This document shows, one piece after another, positions 62,261 through 64,000 of a DNA stretch of 64,000 bases. The translations under genes were made by a program, and so were the position numbers. Below the pieces are notes generated by a model. It was not told where the DNA came from, searched no databases, and saw only the letters and a program-made list of their open reading frames with translations. Each line of letters starts with the position of its first letter. Within the stretch, counting starts at the first letter, position 1. Location of the stretch: assembly GCA_047967505.1 (NCBI GenBank), contig CM106538.1, one strand, 5' to 3'. Source of the stretch: Dipteris shenzhenensis (taxonomy: Eukaryota).

Positions 62261-64000
62261 TCACTAAGGGAACATTACTAGTTAATTACTCGGTAATAGA
62301 TTTGAGCTAGTCATTTAACATAGACCTAAGGTACAGATTACACTAGGTTATAAGCATGGAGCATGCACTTACAACCAAGTCCTCATAAATATAAGAGTTA
62401 AAGTAGGGACAAATGAACGTACCCCAGACAAGCAACCAAGAATACTAACCCGGCAACCAAGAATACTAACCCTGCTAGAAGGTGGCTATAGTCTCCCACA
62501 GAGAAAACCAAAGAACACTAAGACACAAAAGGTGAAAACTTCCAAAGAACACAGACAACATACGGGTACCCACTTCACTACAACCACGTCACTCTACAAA
62601 TATAACAAGCTACGTACACCTGCCCGAAACTATGTTAGAGCTAACTAGGAAGGCCACAATACTAGAATCCTAACCAAACAAGCGGAAAGCAACAAAAAAC
62701 CGAGAAGCGGCTGGTAGTACGTAACCAGTGTGCCGAACACCAGCAGACCGTTGAAGTCCACTAACTCGTAACACCCAAGTACCACCGAACAAGCACACGA
62801 ACTCCACTAAGAGCAAGCCACAGCGACAGACTAACTATAAGGTATCCACCCGCAATCAAAACCGTGATAGAGGAAAAGAGAAGCACGAAAAGCTACAAGG
62901 TACTCAGGTAGGAGGAAGAGGCGTAGGTAAACAAGGCAACAGGATTTAGCTAACTATCCCACCCTGACTTGGATACAGAGACAATGATGACTCAGAACTA
63001 CTACCGTAACTGCAAGCAACGGACTTGTAACACGACGAATACAAGTGTAAGGGTGACCCAGTTATCGTGTACAAGGGTAGTTGCGAGCGAGAACGGGGAT
63101 CATCCGTGAAACAAAGGCAGATAAGGGCTGGTCAAGAAGTAAAGTACGTAACGCAGACCGTGCGCGGATGATGGCCTCCCCAGGTAATAAGCCCAACCAT
63201 GCAGTCAATAAGCATATACGTAAATTATCATACAAGCTAGCAGTGTTAGTGGTCGTGAGCCCGGTTAACCACTGTTGAAAAGCATCAAAGGAGCAAGAGC
63301 CACACCGCGAAGGATCATTACGCTGTGGACGGAACACACGTAATAAGTAACCACACACCTATTTTCCAAGACGGAGACATGTGGTATATTAACGCAGGAC
63401 AAGAGAGACTAACTACAGAACAACGCAAAACCTGCAGGAATAGGCAAGAGCGCAGCGAAGCTTGGGGTAGGGAAACCATTGCAAAAAAACACGTAACCAC
63501 ATTGACAGTGCGCCTTGCACACTAATTAGCCATCATCCACAATAGCCTAACAAGAGACCACGGCAAATCACCAACGGAGAACGACCAGGGGAGCAAGTGT
63601 CCTCAGCTCACGAGAAGAACCAGGAGCCATGCAATACGGTGATTCGGACGGGAGGGTGCACACATAGAAAGAACGTAAATTCTAGAAAGGTCATACTATC
63701 GAAATCCTCCAATTGCTTAGCGCAGTGTAACGCACTATCAAACGTTCTCTCCACAACATAAACGAATATAGCACTAACCAAAGAGAACACCATATTCAGG
63801 GTCGAAGTAGATCCAAGATATCCAGCGAAGAGTTATCCATAAGTGACTTACCTCTAACCCTGCCATGACGTTGTGTTGCGTGGAGGAGGAGGAAGTCGTT
63901 ATGCCAACACCACCAAGATACTAAGCAGCAGCAACCGCGAGCGAGAAGAGGAAGTAAGTCAAGTGAACTAGGCAAGGTCGGTTAGCATAGAGAAGAAGGA

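Noticed and set aside
1-64000. rRNA, tRNA, organellar or prokaryotic genes
   Set aside because: None recognised by eye. tRNA-related sequence is limited to the 12-14-nt primer-binding sites.

Overview
TE-dense nuclear DNA from a land plant, probably a non-flowering one such as a fern or lycophyte (inferred from a hemerythrin-class GST gene, iMet primer sites and dense CA/GA microsatellites). There is one apparently intact host gene, a 3-exon GST-hemerythrin fusion (47799-49657, +), and one intronless phospholipase A1 pseudogene (7305-8774, -). The rest is nested Ty1/copia, Ty3/gypsy, LINE, CACTA-superfamily and probable Helitron sequence. The most unusual structures are: (1) a complete 7.5-kb CACTA-superfamily element with CACAA rather than CACTA termini and a TAT target-site duplication, whose transposase and TnpA-like genes are head-to-head around a ~200-bp spacer, with the subterminal motif arrays repeated in both predicted leader introns; (2) a 552-bp near-perfect palindrome built from two LTR+PBS units with a snap-back hairpin at its centre; (3) a chimeric copia element with two tandem protease/integrase-N modules; (4) a gypsy relic with a retropepsin domain downstream of integrase. 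Everything was read by eye with no database searches, so novelty is unverified and relic boundaries are approximate.
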